Of a stretch of 44,993 bases of DNA, positions 25,750 to 35,748 are shown one piece after another. Both the position numbers and the translations under genes were made by a program. This DNA comes from Patescibacteria group bacterium (GTDB lineage Bacteria; Patescibacteriota; Minisyncoccia; 2-02-FULL-40-12; GWA2-44-9), in contig JBBTSY010000005.1 of NCBI GenBank assembly GCA_038064515.1, positions 3,100 to 48,092 on the forward strand. Reading direction: 5' to 3'. The notes beneath the pieces are model-generated. The model saw only the letters and a program-made list of their open reading frames with translations, was not told where the DNA came from and ran no database searches. Positions within the stretch are counted from its first letter, which is position 1. Every line of letters starts with the position of its first letter.

Positions 25750-26616
25750 TTATTGCTTATTAAGATAATACGAAGTCCCATCACTGATAAGACGAATCAT
25801 TCCATCAGTATCAGTACGATACAGTGTTGCACCGAAATTTTCAAGGCGGGAAAGAATCAGTTCCGCAGGATGCTTGTACCGATTTTTTACTCCTACCTGA
25901 ATTATTGCCGCTTGCGGGGTAACAGCATCGAGGAACGGCAACGCCGTCGAAGTTTTTGATCCATGGTGGCCCACTTTCAATACATCCGCATCGATATCGA
26001 TATTATTATTGACCAAGATGCGTTCCACGGCCGCCTCCATATCACCCGCCAACAGAACTTTTACGTGCTTATATTGAAGCATCGCTACCACGTTGTCATC
26101 GTGAGGCTTATCAGTCGCAGTGCCGAGCACTGATTTCAGAGGATGGATAATCGTAAAAGTCATTTCGGGTCCTAAGTTGATCTGTTTTCCCGCCACAGTA
26201 TCAATTTCGATTGTATGCTCTTGAGCAACCGCTTCCTGCCACGATCGGAATTCTAATGAATCATATTGCTCTCCTGCCTGAATGACATAGCCAACGTCAT
26301 AATGCTTTAATACATCAATTAATCCGGCGATATGATCGCTATGAGGATGGCTAACCACGACCGCATCGATAGACCGATCGTAAAATGGCATCACCCGCGC
26401 CAGCTCCGCAATCACGGCACTGTCCGGTCCGCCATCGACAAGCACCTGGTTGCCATTCGGAGCTTCTATAAAGATGGCGTCTCCCTGGCCGACATTCAAA
26501 AAATATATTTTTAAAAGTCCATCCTTCTGCCCTGCGGCTTGTGAACTTGAAAACGCCAGCACGATGAGTACCAGGGCGATGATTCCCGCAATTATTTTAT
26601 CTCTATTCGTATCCAT
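25750..26616 (-). CDS. Membrane-anchored metallo-beta-lactamase-fold protein (ComEC C-terminal domain homolog)
   Basis: HPHSDHIAG motif. I chose the start at MDTNRDKII (ATG at 26616), followed by a TM helix. The upstream part of the tracked ORF is the family-2 repeat element. Confidence 0.8.
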   Translation of the reverse strand: MDTNRDKIIAGIIALVLIVLAFSSSQAAGQKDGLLKIYFLNVGQGDAIFIEAPNGNQVLVDGGPDSAVIAELARVMPFYDRSIDAVVVSHPHSDHIAGLIDVLKHYDVGYVIQAGEQYDSLEFRSWQEAVAQEHTIEIDTVAGKQINLGPEMTFTIIHPLKSVLGTATDKPHDDNVVAMLQYKHVKVLLAGDMEAAVERILVNNNIDIDADVLKVGHHGSKTSTALPFLDAVTPQAAIIQVGVKNRYKHPAELILSRLENFGATLYRTDTDGMIRLISDGTSYYLNKQ

Positions 26617-26763
26617 CCTTACACTCATTGACGAGATATGGCTCGCGTTCCGTCTCACATAGTGGTGCGGAAAAGCTTTGCCATACAGATCAGCATTATG
26701 ATGATTCAAACAAATCCTCGCCATTCACTCGGAACAACTCATCAATGAGTGTCAGGATCCATG
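26612..26763 (-). ncRNA. Copy B of the family-2 structured repeat element, wedged between the two comEC-derived ORFs
   Basis: A closing stem joins 26622-26635 and 26738-26751. An inner stem joins 26647-26652 and 26730-26735. The comEC stop codon (26752-26754) abuts the stem. Confidence 0.55.
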
Positions 26764-28314
26764 ATGCCGATAGAACCACCAAATTCCTCCGATCAGCAGT
26801 ACATAAGCGAGAACGATTATAATCCACGGCAATGAGATCGAAACAGAGGCAAATGAGAATGATGCCGCATGTTCAACGATCCAGAGCTGATATCGCGCTA
26901 ATGCCCACGCCACTACGCCGATAATCTTTCCCAGCGGAATCCAGATCATGCCGCTTATGCCCGCTATGAAACCAAACAGCATTACTGCGGGGACAATCGG
27001 TAGGATTAAAATATTTACCACCAAAGAAACCAGCGAGAAAGAATGAAAATACCCCACTAAAAGCAGGATAACCATCACCTGTGCCGAAAGCGTCATAAGA
27101 GCAATTTCTTTTAATCCCGTCAATGAAGGAGCTCGCTGTGCCCAACGCTGAAATATCGGATACAAATATAAAAGACCGATAACCGCCAAAAAAGAAAGCT
27201 GAAAACCAATATCAAACACGAGGATGAATGGATTAAAGAAAACCATCAGCGCACCGGCCAGAATAATGCCATTTTTCGCATCATAGAGACGGCCGTATCC
27301 GGAGGCGAAAAGGACTAATAGTCCCATTACCGCCGCTCGCACCACTGACGCCGAAGCTCCCGTCAGCAACGTAAAAAGAATAATGGCCGCCGTGGCGATC
27401 CAAATTGCTCTGCGTCGCCGGAACCAAAACAATAATACCCCCAGCACCGCCTCGGCGACGATGGTGATGTTGTATCCGGATATCGCCAAAATATGACTAG
27501 TCCCCGTCGTAGCAAAGGCATCTTGGAGACGCTCTGGGATCGCGCTACGCGAACCCAGAAGCACTCCTTGGATATAGGCGGCCTCCGGCTCTGCTATCGT
27601 GCCTATGAGCGCTGACTCGAAACGCGATTTTAATCCCTGCAGAGCGCGATACACGACAACACTGCTCCGCTCCCAAAGACCCAAGGATATTGATCCCTCC
27701 GCCAGAATATCGGGAGAAGAAAAAATGCTTCGAATACCTTGTTTTTTCAGATACGTCGCATAATCAAATGATTCGGAATTTTTAGGAGCTTGCGGCGCGC
27801 CTTCGATGGTAAGGATATCGCCATAACGATACCCCGCTCTATTATCAGCGGTCACAAGAACCCGTTCTCCTGCCGAGAAAGTTCTTTTGAGCGCGATGAT
27901 TTCTTTTACTTCAAAAGGAAACTGCGATTGTAATCCCCGTTCCCGAACATCTCCTGCCACATATCCCACCACACGCACAGAAATGCCCTTGCCTCCCGCC
28001 TCTCGATCGTTAAACTGCGTGACACGGCTGTGATCAGCGTCGAATTGCTGAAACCGGTAGATACCCCCCGTTGCAAGGATGATGCAAAATCCGATAACAA
28101 AGCCTACCTTCCGGCGCTTAATACCTGCGACTGTTTGTCCGAATGTGCGATGATAGGCTGATACTCCAAAAAATAAAGTCCCCAGCCCGATAAAAATCCA
28201 AAAATATTGTTCACCAAAATGCCAGAATGATCCGATAAGCGTTCCAACCAGAAAAGCGATCAGAAAATACGAGAGAACTTGAGACTTGTGCATACCTGTA
28301 TCGTACCTGATCAA
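26752..28314 (-). CDS. comEC: ComEC/Rec2-type competence channel protein (DUF4131 plus competence domains, lacking the MBL domain)
   Basis: 520-aa polytopic membrane protein with the typical ComEC sequence (GTSHILAISGYNITIV). Confidence 0.85.
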   Translation of the reverse strand: MIRYDTGMHKSQVLSYFLIAFLVGTLIGSFWHFGEQYFWIFIGLGTLFFGVSAYHRTFGQTVAGIKRRKVGFVIGFCIILATGGIYRFQQFDADHSRVTQFNDREAGGKGISVRVVGYVAGDVRERGLQSQFPFEVKEIIALKRTFSAGERVLVTADNRAGYRYGDILTIEGAPQAPKNSESFDYATYLKKQGIRSIFSSPDILAEGSISLGLWERSSVVVYRALQGLKSRFESALIGTIAEPEAAYIQGVLLGSRSAIPERLQDAFATTGTSHILAISGYNITIVAEAVLGVLLFWFRRRRAIWIATAAIILFTLLTGASASVVRAAVMGLLVLFASGYGRLYDAKNGIILAGALMVFFNPFILVFDIGFQLSFLAVIGLLYLYPIFQRWAQRAPSLTGLKEIALMTLSAQVMVILLLVGYFHSFSLVSLVVNILILPIVPAVMLFGFIAGISGMIWIPLGKIIGVVAWALARYQLWIVEHAASFSFASVSISLPWIIIVLAYVLLIGGIWWFYRHHGS

Positions 28315-28356
28315 AAACCCCGTGGCAACGGGGTTTTTGATATAAATTTGAGCTCG

Positions 28357-31203
28357 TCAATTGCAGGCACCGGTTGTAGCGCCACAACTTGGGCAGGCAT
28401 AGCAGGATCCGGCTCGAAACATGAGTGTCCCACATTGACATACAGGAGCATCAGATACAAAGGTAGCGCGAGACTTCGCGCTTGTGGAAGCATTCCTAGA
28501 TGGAGCAACGAGACCGGAAAGAACATTATCAGTTTTTGAGGTCGGCTCTGGCTGAGATATCGCCACCGTAGTAACGGGCATAATCTCTATGTCATGCGTT
28601 AGTCCGAATATTTCTTCTCGATCTTCCAGATTTAAGAACTTCATGCCCAGATATCGAAAAACGTAGTCGATAATTGATTTAGCCGTTGGAATATTCGTAT
28701 TGCCGGTGAATCCCGCGGGACTAAAGCTCGTATCTTTAAACTTCCGAACAAGAACCTTCAACGGCACACCGGATTGCAAACACATTGAGATAAGGATGGC
28801 GATCGTATCAAGTAAACCAGAAAGTGTGCTACCTTCTTTAGCAATGGAGAGAAATGTCTCGCCGGGCTGTTGAGTGTCAGGATAAAGGCCAACAGTCAAA
28901 TAGCCATCATGGCCGCCGACACTGAACTTATGAGTTATGGCCGGACGTTCTTCGGGCAATTTCACTCGGGTATAGCCGTTAATGTGCTCAACTAGCCTAT
29001 TTTCATCCTTTGCCGTGTTAAGCGGCTGTATACCCTTTGATCCGTCGCGATAAACCGCGATAGCCTTAAGGCCAAGCTTCCAACCTTGAATAAATGCATC
29101 TCGGATGTCATCAACGGTAGCATTGTTCGGCAGATTAATCGTTTTTGAAATAGCGCCGGAGATGAATGGTTGAGCGGCACTCATCATGCGCAGGTGGCCC
29201 ATATAACTGATACTGCGCTCGCCATTGACCGCCTTGAATGAGCAGTCAAAAACCGGAAGATGCTCCTCTTTAAGCCATGGTGCTCCTTCAATCGTATCTT
29301 TTTCAAGGAGATACGCACTGATATCCTTAATCTGCTCGGCGGGATAACCGAGATTTTTAAGCGCCGCCGGCACCTGATTATTCGCCAACTTGAGCACGCC
29401 GCCACCGACAAGTTTTTTATACGCTACCAGCGCGAGACCTGGTTCCACGCCCGTCGTATCGCAATCCATCATAAAAGCGATCGTTCCCGTCGGAGCCAAT
29501 ACGGTAACCTGCGAGTTTCTGACGCCTACTGATCTACCCAGCTCAAGCGCTTCGTGCCATACCACGCGGGAGGCTACCGCGAGATCGGGATACTTTGCGC
29601 CGACAGCAGACTTTATAGTCTGCGAATAAAGAATTTCAGCTTCATTAAGATGCATGGCCAGTACGTTAAGCATTGGTTCGCGATTCTTTTCAAAGCCGGC
29701 GAATGGGCCCTTTCGATCAGCGAGTAATCCTGAAAAGCGATAGGCTTCGCCGCACATCAATGACGTAATCTGACTGGCGAGCAATCGTCCGTCTTCGGAA
29801 TCATACGGTAAACCCCAGGTCATCAAGAGCGCCCCCAGATTGGCATAACCCAATCCAAGTTCGCGAAAATCATTGGCGTTGCGGTCAATCTTTTCCGTCG
29901 GATAGGAAGAGCGGCTCACAATAATATCTTGGGCCGTAATGATAGTATCCACTGCACGCTTGAATTGCTCCACGGCGAATGTGCCGTCTTCATTGGCAAA
30001 TTTTAATAGGTTTAATGACGCAAGGTTGCAGGCGCTGTTGTCTAAGTGCATATATTCACTGCACGGGTTCGATGCAGTGATAGCACCGGTATTCGAGCAG
30101 GTGTGCCAGCGATTAATCGTATCATGATACTGCATGCCGGGATCGGCGCTCGCCCACGCCGCTTCGGCGATCCAATTCATTACTTCGCGAGCCTTAATAC
30201 GCTCCATGGATTCTCCGGTAGTGACCGCTTTTAGGTCCCACATGTCATCATTTTCGACGGCCCGCATAAAATCATCCGTCACGCGTACCGAGTTATTTGC
30301 ATTTACATACGGCAAGAGGGTGTAAGGGCTGAAAAGATCGCCGTCCAGGGAATTCTTAAACCCGGAAGCCACCAACACCTGCGTCATCTGCTCGATGTAA
30401 TGCTTGGCATAGATGAAATCTTTAATATCCGGATGATCGACATTCATGACCACCATCTTTGCCGCGCGACGAGTTGTGCCGCCGGAACGAATCGTATTAG
30501 CAACACCATCGGCGCCCTTCATGAATGAAACGGGACCTGATGAGTGCCCCCCTTTCGAAAGAGACTCTTTCGAAGATCGAAGATTGGAAACGTTTAAACC
30601 TGCACCGGAGCCGTGTTTGAAAATCATTCCCTCATCCTTGTACCACTGCATGATTGATTCCATAGTGTCCTCGACGGCAAGAATGAAACAGGCGGAACAC
30701 TGCGGCTTTTCATAGATGCCGACGTTAAACCACACCGGACTATTAAATGCAAAAAATTGATTCACAAGCAGCCACGTGAGATCAAGCGTAAAATTCGTGG
30801 CATCTTCAGGAGATGCAAAGTAACCGTCCTGCAAACCCCAGTACCCGATCGTTTGAGCAACACGATCGATCATCTGCTTCACGCTGTATTCGCGTTCGGG
30901 CGCCGTAATTTTCCCGCGAAAGTATTTGGAAGCAACAATATCGGTAGCGGTTTGAGACCAGAATGCCGGCACCTCCACGTCATGCTGTTCAAAAACAATA
31001 GTACCGTCTGCTTTCGCAATCTTCGCGGTGCGCAGTTCCCATGTGATGTCATCATAAGGATGACCGGTACCCTGGCCGGACAGGCCAAAAATTCGCTCCC
31101 AGGTCATGCCCGAAGACATCTGATGCATAGAGTCATCGCTTTTCTTATGATTGTTTACATCGAGACGCTGCTGACTTGGAAACACTGAAGTTCCGTTATT
31201 CAT
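28357..31203 (-). CDS. nrdJ: Class II (adenosylcobalamin-dependent) ribonucleotide reductase
   Basis: 948 aa with typical NrdJ blocks (NPCSEY, TNLC-type region) and a C-terminal CxxC..CxxC ribbon. The start codon is uncertain because there is no nearby SD. Confidence 0.88.
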   Translation of the reverse strand: MNNGTSVFPSQQRLDVNNHKKSDDSMHQMSSGMTWERIFGLSGQGTGHPYDDITWELRTAKIAKADGTIVFEQHDVEVPAFWSQTATDIVASKYFRGKITAPEREYSVKQMIDRVAQTIGYWGLQDGYFASPEDATNFTLDLTWLLVNQFFAFNSPVWFNVGIYEKPQCSACFILAVEDTMESIMQWYKDEGMIFKHGSGAGLNVSNLRSSKESLSKGGHSSGPVSFMKGADGVANTIRSGGTTRRAAKMVVMNVDHPDIKDFIYAKHYIEQMTQVLVASGFKNSLDGDLFSPYTLLPYVNANNSVRVTDDFMRAVENDDMWDLKAVTTGESMERIKAREVMNWIAEAAWASADPGMQYHDTINRWHTCSNTGAITASNPCSEYMHLDNSACNLASLNLLKFANEDGTFAVEQFKRAVDTIITAQDIIVSRSSYPTEKIDRNANDFRELGLGYANLGALLMTWGLPYDSEDGRLLASQITSLMCGEAYRFSGLLADRKGPFAGFEKNREPMLNVLAMHLNEAEILYSQTIKSAVGAKYPDLAVASRVVWHEALELGRSVGVRNSQVTVLAPTGTIAFMMDCDTTGVEPGLALVAYKKLVGGGVLKLANNQVPAALKNLGYPAEQIKDISAYLLEKDTIEGAPWLKEEHLPVFDCSFKAVNGERSISYMGHLRMMSAAQPFISGAISKTINLPNNATVDDIRDAFIQGWKLGLKAIAVYRDGSKGIQPLNTAKDENRLVEHINGYTRVKLPEERPAITHKFSVGGHDGYLTVGLYPDTQQPGETFLSIAKEGSTLSGLLDTIAILISMCLQSGVPLKVLVRKFKDTSFSPAGFTGNTNIPTAKSIIDYVFRYLGMKFLNLEDREEIFGLTHDIEIMPVTTVAISQPEPTSKTDNVLSGLVAPSRNASTSAKSRATFVSDAPVCQCGTLMFRAGSCYACPSCGATTGACN

Positions 31204-31468
31204 GTGGGGCGCGAAGGAGAAGAGGAAAGAGATGCGCCGCTCGTGCGAATCTCTTTACCCTCCTGCTTATTTAAACAATCCGTTGGTAGATGAATTTAAC
31301 CATCTTTTGACCGTGCCCACAATGTTGATAACCCTCCGTTCGGCATTTCCTCCGAATTTATGCGCCCCCGCTGACCATTTCAGCTCGCTTCACTCCTCCT
31401 AAGCGAGCGTGCGCTTTGAGAAATCCTCGCCGAAAAGGAGCGAAGCAAGCCAGCGAGCTCCCGTCTTC

Positions 31469-31653
31469 TGAATCACTTCGCGAGGTATTTGATGAAATAA
31501 GCGAAGTCGAATAGCCGAAGTGGTGCTTCGACGTAAAGAAGCTTCCTTATGGAAGCTTCTTTACTAGGTGGAACGGAGGTGTAGATGAGACGAGCGAACC
31601 TTTCCAAATACCGAGGCAGTTGTGATGAAAAAGATGGTAGCGAGCGGCTATTT
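31469..31653 (-). ncRNA. Copy E2 of the family-3 structured repeat element abutting the ftsZ stop codon
   Basis: See copy E1. The variable hairpin is 31533-31564. The long-range pairing joins 31510-31517 and 31645-31652. Confidence 0.55.
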
Positions 31654-32799
31654 GTTCATTTTGCGCCGTATAAACGCCGGAATATCAAAATCTTTTTCAT
31701 CTTCGATCGAGGGATCGATGATTTCTTTCACCTCTTTTACGGGTTCACGCTCCATAATATCTTGTTTCTTGATAGCGTTATCAAAGAGGCTTAGGCCGCC
31801 ACCATTATATTTTGCAGACGGATTTGAAGGTGATACGGGATAGGTATTCGTAAAACCAGTCGCTACGACAGTGATCTTGATCTCCCCTTTCTTGAGCTTG
31901 TCATCAACGACAGCGCCGAAGATGACTTTTGCATCGGGATCAATGTGTTCAGTGATAATCCGTGCCGCTTCGCTGATTTCTGCCATTGCCATGTCGGTAC
32001 CGCCGGACACGTTAAAAAGAACGCCGCGAGCGCCGTCGATGGAGAGTTCCAGGAGCGGAGAGTTGATCGCCATACGAGCCGCCTCTACGGCTCGATCTTC
32101 GCCGGAAGCTCTCCCGATGCCCATGAGCGCCGATCCAGAGTTAGACATAACCGCCTTCACGTCGGCAAAGTCGGTATTAACAATACCAGGGATAGTGATG
32201 AGATCAGAAATACCTTGGACGCCCTGTCGAAGGACGTCATCAACTACTGCGAATGATTCGAGTAACGGAGTCTTGCGATCAATGATGGAAAGGAGTCGGT
32301 CATTAGGGATCGTGATAAGCGCGTCAACCTTATCGCGCAGAAGCTGAAGACCTTCTTCGGCCACGCGAGAGCGTTGAGCTCCCTCAAAGCTAAAGGGCCT
32401 GGTTACGACTGCCACGGTCAGTGCGCCGGATTCTCGAGCCATGTCAGCGATAACCGGTGCGGCGCCTGTTCCGGTACCTCCACCCAACCCTGTCGCAATA
32501 AAAACCATATCGGCTCCCTTAAGAGCGGTAAGAATGTCTTCTCGGGTCTGTTCGGCGGCTTCGCGACCGATGCTCGGATTCATGCCAGCGCCAAGGCCTC
32601 GCGTGAGACTTTTGCCAATGTGAATCTTTACCGGAGCGTTTGAATTGTGGAGTGACTGGGCATCGGTATTTACGGCAATAAATTCAACGCCGTGAATCCG
32701 TGCTTCGATCATTCGCTCTAGGGCATTACCGCCCGAGCCGCCAAGACCTAACACTTTAATGCGGGCAAACGTTTCAAATTGAGGTTTAACTTGGGGCAT
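31648..32799 (-). CDS. ftsZ: Cell division protein FtsZ
   Basis: [11 protein letters not shown] signature. 383 aa. Confidence 0.98.
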   Translation of the reverse strand: MPQVKPQFETFARIKVLGLGGSGGNALERMIEARIHGVEFIAVNTDAQSLHNSNAPVKIHIGKSLTRGLGAGMNPSIGREAAEQTREDILTALKGADMVFIATGLGGGTGTGAAPVIADMARESGALTVAVVTRPFSFEGAQRSRVAEEGLQLLRDKVDALITIPNDRLLSIIDRKTPLLESFAVVDDVLRQGVQGISDLITIPGIVNTDFADVKAVMSNSGSALMGIGRASGEDRAVEAARMAINSPLLELSIDGARGVLFNVSGGTDMAMAEISEAARIITEHIDPDAKVIFGAVVDDKLKKGEIKITVVATGFTNTYPVSPSNPSAKYNGGGLSLFDNAIKKQDIMEREPVKEVKEIIDPSIEDEKDFDIPAFIRRKMNK

Positions 32800-32909
32800 T
32801 TTTTAATAATTCTGGCGCGTATTACCTGGTTTCTAACATAAATAGAAAAAGGGCGCAAGCAGTACGCATTTTGATGTGGATAACCCTGTAGATAACTCTG
32901 GATATCTTC

Positions 32910-34151
32910 CTAAGGCAAGAAGTTCTTTAGCCAGCGAACAGTTTTCCGGAGGAGATCGCCCTGACCGCCTAGGAGAGGACGAGATTTGATGCCTGCGAGC
33001 TCCTGTTCTATGCCCCACATCGCAAGCCCGATAGCCACGGTAAAGGATGGGTCATTGAGAATATCAGCCGTACCTACTACATTCACTGGATTTGCCACCC
33101 GTACCGGCAATCTCAAATATTCTTTGACAAGCCTGGCGAAACCAGGCAAATTGGAGCCGCCACCGCTTAGCACAACTCCCGCGGGGAGCATTCCGTTCTT
33201 TGAAACTTTTTTCAATTCAGTGCTCACCATGTCCAATAATTCCTGGGCGCGGGCATCAACCACGCGGGTAAGCTGTTTCTTGGAAACAAAATATCCTTCT
33301 TCATTCATGATCTGTGAAAGGTCAATCTGATCCTTGCGACGACCGTCTTCTCCCTCTGAAGTTGCGCCATGCTCAAGTTTAATCCGTTCAGCGATGTCTA
33401 AAGACGTCCGTAACGCGATGGCAAGATCATTAGTAATATGGCGTGATCCAATCGGGAAAATCGCACTATGCAGAAGGTCGTTTTCCTCGAAGATAGTCAA
33501 ACTCGAAGTACCCCCTCCGAAATCAAGATTCATGACGCCATACTCCTTTTGGTTTCTATCAAGCGCTGAAAGCGATGCCGCTAATGGCGCATATACGAGC
33601 CCGGCCACTTCGATATTATTTTCATTCACGCAACGAGCAATATTTCGCAGATATGGTGAAAGTCCATCAATAATAAAAACATCCGCTTCAAGGCGAACAC
33701 CCTTCATGCCAAGAGGATTCTTTACATATTCCGTACCATCGATAATAAAGGTGCGTGGCAGAACATGCACGATTTCGCGATTTGCGGGCAAACTTACCAC
33801 TGAAGCAGCCTGCATAACCCGCTCTATATCATTTTGCGATATTTCATTGTCTGCTCGAGAAACTGCAATCACTCCTCGGGAAACCTGCGTCTGAATATGG
33901 AGACCGTTTACAGAAAGGTAGGCTCGCTTAATCGGTACGCCCGCCATCGCCTGAGCCTGTTGGACGGCGGAGCGAATATTTTCAACTGTTTCTTCCATAT
34001 CGACAACCATGCCGCGACGAAGACCGTTGGAAGATGTGCTACCAGCGCCAATAATTTCAGGTCTCAAATTCTCGCGATCAACTCTCGCAATAACAACTTT
34101 GATTTGAGAATTACCAACGTCAATTCCGGAAATGATGTGCCCGCTTGTCAT
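32910..34151 (-). CDS. ftsA: Cell division protein FtsA
   Basis: Actin-like ATPase located upstream of ftsZ (DVGNSQIKV, DFGGGT). Confidence 0.93.
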   Translation of the reverse strand: MTSGHIISGIDVGNSQIKVVIARVDRENLRPEIIGAGSTSSNGLRRGMVVDMEETVENIRSAVQQAQAMAGVPIKRAYLSVNGLHIQTQVSRGVIAVSRADNEISQNDIERVMQAASVVSLPANREIVHVLPRTFIIDGTEYVKNPLGMKGVRLEADVFIIDGLSPYLRNIARCVNENNIEVAGLVYAPLAASLSALDRNQKEYGVMNLDFGGGTSSLTIFEENDLLHSAIFPIGSRHITNDLAIALRTSLDIAERIKLEHGATSEGEDGRRKDQIDLSQIMNEEGYFVSKKQLTRVVDARAQELLDMVSTELKKVSKNGMLPAGVVLSGGGSNLPGFARLVKEYLRLPVRVANPVNVVGTADILNDPSFTVAIGLAMWGIEQELAGIKSRPLLGGQGDLLRKTVRWLKNFLP

Positions 34152-34160
34152 ATACGTGAG

Positions 34161-34628
34161 TTACTGATTTAAAATTTCCTGTTCAAGACGATCCATTTCT
34201 TCGGCCTCTTTCTCCGATCGCTCATGGTCGTAGTCCAACAGGTGTAATGTTCCATGCACTATGAGCCGTGCCAGCTTTGCCTCTATGGTCATATTTTCCT
34301 CTTTTGCGCGCGCCACGGCATACGAGGGACAGATGAAAATGTCCCCAAGAGTTCTTACAGTATATCCTGGAACAAAGGTTTCGCCTAGGGGAAATGAAAG
34401 AATATCCGTGACTTTATCGCGGTTTCGGTGCTCTTTATTGAGTTCGCGCATCCGTTCAGGACTAATGAGCGATACGCTGACCTCTGTATCTTCATTTACA
34501 CCAACGACATTGAGAGTTTTAAGGACAAAGGATTCGAAAAAATCCTTTGTTGAGATTACTCCGGTTGCCTGAGTCGTATTGCGAAAAACAAGATCCAGCA
34601 TGCAATATTTACCTGCGAGGAAATGCAT
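34161..34628 (-). CDS. ybeY: Endoribonuclease YbeY
   Basis: HGTLHLLDYDH zinc motif. The start may instead be the internal Met at 34601. Confidence 0.9.
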   Translation of the reverse strand: MHFLAGKYCMLDLVFRNTTQATGVISTKDFFESFVLKTLNVVGVNEDTEVSVSLISPERMRELNKEHRNRDKVTDILSFPLGETFVPGYTVRTLGDIFICPSYAVARAKEENMTIEAKLARLIVHGTLHLLDYDHERSEKEAEEMDRLEQEILNQ

Positions 34629-34657
34629 TAGCAGACGAGCAGTTTTTAAATATTCGC

Positions 34658-34684
34658 ACCGAGCACATAGATTATGTGCTCGGT
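34658..34684 (-). repeat. Hairpin ACCGAGCACATA..TATGTGCTCGGT plus a conserved flank, upstream of ybeY
   Basis: 12-bp stem. The same stem sequence and flank (GGTGC(C)GAATATT) occur at 35662-35704. Confidence 0.7.
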
Positions 34685-34739
34685 TAAATACTGACTAAAA
34701 CTGTACTCGACTCGCCATTGCTCGCCTGCGTACAGGTCA

Positions 34740-35228
34740 CTATATTAACTTTTCGAGTTCCTCTTTTACGATACGGCTGACAGCTTGGCCATCCGCTCGC
34801 CCCTTCACTTTTGGCATGACAGCGCCGATGACTTTGCCTGCCTGCGCAGGCAGGCCCATCTCAGCAATAACTTTCTTCACTTCGGCACGAATGGCGTCAT
34901 CGGAAATCTGTTCCGGCATGTATTGTATCAGAACGGCGAGTTCTTCCTGTTCCTGCGCCGCCAATTCCGGCCTTCCAGCTTGCGCATAGGTCTCAATCGC
35001 TTCTCTGCGCTTTTTGATTTCCGAGGAAATGACTTCAATGGCCTCTTCATCGTTAATAAGGCTCGCGTTTTCTAGATCGTTTGTCGCGCCCGCCTTGCTA
35101 AGCTTGCTTCGCTTTTCAAGTTCTCGATTTTTAATTGCGGAAAGAAGCGAATTTAACACGGTCCGCTTTTTGCTATCCCCAGCTTTGAGAGCTTCTTTTA
35201 CGTCCGACAAAAGTCTTTCCTTAAGCAT
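34740..35228 (-). CDS. GatB/YqeY-domain protein with a palindrome-encoded LPAQAG insert
   Basis: YqeY-like sequence. The palindrome 34836-34855 reads CTG CCT GCG CAG GCA GGC in frame. Confidence 0.8.
   Translation of the reverse strand: MLKERLLSDVKEALKAGDSKKRTVLNSLLSAIKNRELEKRSKLSKAGATNDLENASLINDEEAIEVISSEIKKRREAIETYAQAGRPELAAQEQEELAVLIQYMPEQISDDAIRAEVKKVIAEMGLPAQAGKVIGAVMPKVKGRADGQAVSRIVKEELEKLI
34836..34855. repeat. Perfect 20-bp palindrome GCCTGCCTGCGCAGGCAGGC inside a coding sequence
   Basis: Identical to 11821-11840. Confidence 0.9.
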
Positions 35229-35322
35229 ATGAGAAAGTAGAGAGTAGAAAATAGAAAGTAGAATTTTTCGAATGCAGCTGAATGCAACTTCTAAATTCTA
35301 TTTTCCATTTTCTATTTTCTGA

Positions 35323-35589
35323 TTACAGGTCTAATTCTTGTTTCAATTTGCGTTTTTCTTCTTCGAAGGTTTCTTCGTCGTATTTTCCAAGTTTTTCCAA
35401 GCGCTTGCGTAATTCGTTCAAGTGCAAGCCCATAATAGCCGCATTTTTCTCCTTGCGTTCATTCAGTTTCTTTGCTCGAAATTGGGATTTTTTCGCTTTT
35501 ACCAAAACTCCGCTTTGCTGTACAAAGCGGCTAAATCGCCTCAAGAGGCTTCCGGTACTTTCGTTTGGTTTTCTTTTTACTTCTACCAT
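35323..35589 (-). CDS. rpsU: 30S ribosomal protein S21
   Basis: I chose the start at MVEVKRKPNES (ATG at 35589), preceded by AGGAGGT. Small basic protein. Confidence 0.85.
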   Translation of the reverse strand: MVEVKRKPNESTGSLLRRFSRFVQQSGVLVKAKKSQFRAKKLNERKEKNAAIMGLHLNELRKRLEKLGKYDEETFEEEKRKLKQELDL

Positions 35590-35661
35590 ATTACTACCTC
35601 CTTTCTGTGAATATTCTCGATAAGGAAGCGCGCTAGCAGGCGAACTGCTAGAATATTCGGC

Positions 35662-35704
35662 ACCGAGCACATAATCATAAGATTCCTTCTGATTATGTGC
35701 TCGG
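35662..35704 (-). repeat. Hairpin ACCGAGCACATAATCA..TGATTATGTGCTCGGT upstream of rpsU
   Basis: 16-bp stem that shares its 12 outer bp with 34658-34684. Confidence 0.7.
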
Positions 35705-35748
35705 TCACGTGTTGTACTCGTGCTCGCAATTTTTCTGCACGCGAACAA

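Noticed and set aside
31290-31340. NrdR box or cobalamin riboswitch upstream of nrdJ (cccacaatgttgat).
   Set aside because: The sequence is not palindromic in the way NrdR boxes are. No B12-box or conserved cobalamin-riboswitch core was seen. A B12 riboswitch would not be expected on a B12-dependent reductase.
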